Origin: Gemmatimonadota bacterium
Lineage (GTDB): Bacteria > Gemmatimonadota > Gemmatimonadetes > Palauibacterales > Palauibacteraceae
Assembly: GCA_039588495.1 (NCBI GenBank)
Contig: JBDGZR010000014.1
Location: 1-58,707, forward strand
DNA: 58,707 nt
Reading direction: 5' to 3'
The notes under the pieces were generated by a model. That model made no database searches. It was not told where the DNA came from and was given only the letters and a program-made list of their open reading frames with translations. The translations under genes and the position numbers were made by a program. Of this stretch, positions 56,807-58,707 are shown in pieces (position 1 is the first letter of the stretch; the number at the start of each line of letters is the position of its first letter).

Positions 56807-57858
56807 CCGTTCGTCCGTGTACACGCGCGCGCCAACTCCGCACCGACCTCGTCGACGTCGAGCGTTCCCAGGACATCCAGCAGACGCCAGGCGGAAGCTT
56901 CACTGATGGTGAGATAGGCGTTCTCGGGCCGGCTCCGCTTGCGATGAGCCGAAAGGACGACGCTCATGCACAATCTGGTAAAGATCAGGTCCGGAAGAAG
57001 GAGGATCTCCGCCTCCGTCAGCGGGCAGGCGCTCTGGTAGCCCACCATGAAGTGCCGCGCCGCCGAGATCGGGTCGGCATCGTTCATCATCAGGTAGGCC
57101 ATCGCTACCGCCGGCTCGCACACCAGGTGGGTGTGCACCATGTCGCCGAAGTCGAGAATCCCGGTGAGCGCCGTCCCTGACGTGTCGACCAGAACGTTGT
57201 AATCATTGGCATCGTTGTGGATGAGCTGGGCCCTCGTCTCCCGGAGGCGCGGCAGCACTTCCTCTTCCGCACGGTCCAGGTGGGCCGCCACGAGCTCCCT
57301 TCGAGCGGGAGGCTCGACGTGCTCCAGCAGCGGACGCACTCCAAGCGCGTTTCTGAGATCCCAGGGCAGATAGCGGTGCACCGCGGCATGCGAGAAGGGA
57401 GCGAGCCGCAGATCCAGCTCGCCCAGCCCGCATCCGAAGGAGGCCAAGAGCTCCGGCCGATGTGGCCGTGCCTCCGCCAACGGCCTTCCCGGGATGAAGC
57501 GCACCAACCACACGAGATGGCGCTCGTCGTCTGCCCATGCCTCCTCGATCGCCGCTCCATCCAGGGAGAGAACGACCTCGGGCGTGGAGAGAGCCGCTGG
57601 CTCCGCCCGGCCACTCGGCCCACCCGACCGCGCTCCCGGGCACGGCTCCGCCAGGTAGCGAAGCACCTCCACCTGAGTTTCCACGAACGCCGGCTCGGCT
57701 TCCGAGCGCACAATCCTGAGAACGTACTGCTCCCCATCGGTGGCCGTGAGGCGGAAGTTCTGATCCAGCTCGCTTGGCAGATCCCGCGTCTCGGCGTCGA
57801 GTCCGTAGTGGCGCTCGGCCAGCTCTCCGGCCTCTCCGGTCGTGAAGCATGGAACGAT
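56803..57858 (-). CDS. Aminoglycoside-phosphotransferase-fold small-molecule kinase (hydroxylysine-kinase-like)
   Basis: Catalytic-loop [13 protein letters not shown] and ILDFGD motifs. The homologous N-lobe ([39 protein letters not shown]) extends upstream of the first canonical start (GTG at 57711). The only SD-supported in-frame start is ATC at 57858 (AGGAG 7 nt upstream). ATG at 57850 is in the +1 frame. Confidence 0.75.
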   Translation of the reverse strand: MVPCFTTGEAGELAERHYGLDAETRDLPSELDQNFRLTATDGEQYVLRIVRSEAEPAFVETQVEVLRYLAEPCPGARSGGPSGRAEPAALSTPEVVLSLDGAAIEEAWADDERHLVWLVRFIPGRPLAEARPHRPELLASFGCGLGELDLRLAPFSHAAVHRYLPWDLRNALGVRPLLEHVEPPARRELVAAHLDRAEEEVLPRLRETRAQLIHNDANDYNVLVDTSGTALTGILDFGDMVHTHLVCEPAVAMAYLMMNDADPISAARHFMVGYQSACPLTEAEILLLPDLIFTRLCMSVVLSAHRKRSRPENAYLTISEASAWRLLDVLGTLDVDEVGAELARACTRTNG

Positions 57859-57890
57859 GGCCCTGCTCCTACTCTCGGCTCAGCCCGCCG

Positions 57891-58707
57891 TTACTCCCGG
57901 CTCCGACGCTCCGCCTCCTCGGTCGATCGGATCGTGATCGTCTCGAGGCCGTGCCCGTCCGGGCCGGTCTCCCGCCGTCTGAGGAGCCAGGCGAAGAAGA
58001 ACCCGAGGAAGCCCAGCGTGGAGAAGATCCACATGCCGAGCGCGTAGCCGCCGGGATTGCCCACGCTCGCGCCCGAGTAGTCGTTGGCCCAGCCGATGAG
58101 GAGGTTGAAGCCGAAGAGCCCGATGTTCTGGATCATCGTCATGAAGCCGTACGCCGTGCCAAGCTTGTTCTCATCGACCAGATACGCCACGGCCGGCCAC
58201 ATCACGGCGGGAACGAGCGAGAAGGCGATCCCCATCATCGCCATCGGGATGCGGAGATCGACGCTCGTGTACGCCATCATCAGGTAGACCGGCACGAGGA
58301 GCAGCGAACCCCACATCATGAACAGGGCGCGCTTGCCCACGCGGTCCACCATGTAGCCGAAGATCGGCGTGAAGATCATCGCGAACAGCGTGATCATGCT
58401 CGAGAGGAAGCCGCCGAACTCCCGCGTCGTGCCGTGTGCCTCGATGAAGAACTTCACGGCGAACGTCTGGAAGGGGAAGATCGCCGAGTAGAAGGTCACG
58501 CACAGCAGCACGACGTAGACGTACGACCTGGGAAACCGGAAGAGATCGGAGAAGACCACCTTCTCGGTCTCCTCCGCCTCTCCAAGATGGTATGCCTTCT
58601 CCGCCCGGTTCTCCATCAACCAGTAGATGATCGGGCCGATGATGCAGAACGTGCCGAAGGCGACGGAGATGAGCAGAGGCCACTGCCAGTTCTCGAACGC
58701 GGGCCGC
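57891..58707 (-). CDS. MFS transporter, C-terminal part; the 5' end lies outside the window
   Basis: The frame is open to the window edge (..FENWQWPLLISVAFGTFCIIGPIIYWLMENR..). Six or more TM helices. MVDRVGKR loop motif. TAA stop at 57891-57893. Confidence 0.85.
   Translation of the reverse strand, partial: RPAFENWQWPLLISVAFGTFCIIGPIIYWLMENRAEKAYHLGEAEETEKVVFSDLFRFPRSYVYVVLLCVTFYSAIFPFQTFAVKFFIEAHGTTREFGGFLSSMITLFAMIFTPIFGYMVDRVGKRALFMMWGSLLLVPVYLMMAYTSVDLRIPMAMMGIAFSLVPAVMWPAVAYLVDENKLGTAYGFMTMIQNIGLFGFNLLIGWANDYSGASVGNPGGYALGMWIFSTLGFLGFFFAWLLRRRETGPDGHGLETITIRSTEEAERRSRE

Noticed and set aside
57203-57850. 215-aa ORF starting at ATG 57850
   Set aside because: It is in the +1 frame relative to the kinase and is R/G/A-rich with no motifs. 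Only its ATG is of interest, as a possible frameshifted start of the kinase (see findings).

Overview
GC-rich bacterial chromosomal segment. Third codon positions are almost all G/C, so long antisense or off-frame shadow ORFs fill the six-frame track. I support about 53 protein-coding genes at high density. By eye I found no rRNA, tRNA, CRISPR array, transposase, integrase or phage genes, so this looks like core or accessory metabolism and envelope DNA rather than a mobile island.

Gene content, left to right:
- feoB (3' part) and a Cys-rich FeoA
- amidase and the psuG-psuK pseudouridine operon
- TPR lipoprotein, OsmC, and an ADOP/MacB-type duplicated FtsX permease
- an orphan B12-binding radical SAM enzyme
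- two paralogous secreted tandem-domain proteins of unknown function (13.4 kb and 28.6 kb) that share a conserved 5' leader
- a DDAH-like hydrolase; two PYROXD2-type flavoproteins and a stand-alone GcvT-like folate protein (all three joined by GTGA start/stop overlaps), divergent from two tandem homocysteine S-methyltransferases and a PNPOx-like protein
- a quinohemoprotein PQQ alcohol dehydrogenase; a Cys/His-rich lipoprotein with an OM barrel
- ATP-dependent DNA ligase; dienelactone hydrolase and an M48 peptidase
- a TatT-associated TRAP transporter (TPAT); a metzincin-like lipoprotein
- SSS symporter, panE, oligopeptidase B, a deaminase
- a gdhA interrupted by an in-frame TAA at a roughly 28-codon deletion
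- acyl-CoA desaturase, SnoaL-like protein, L-lysine 6-transaminase, thioesterase
- small OM barrels, DUF4399, YceI, an FmdB zinc ribbon
- retropepsin-like protease, TolB-like/TPR protein, DUF362
- an APH-type kinase coupled to a class-III aminotransferase (hydroxylysine-kinase/phospho-lyase-like pair), and a truncated MFS gene

The best candidate for an undescribed system is the 14.3-22.3 kb N-methyl/one-carbon island. The lineage guess (Gemmatimonadota/Acidobacteriota-like, based on the ADOP permease, TPAT and GC content) is inference only. All family assignments come from motif recognition and memory, not from database searches.
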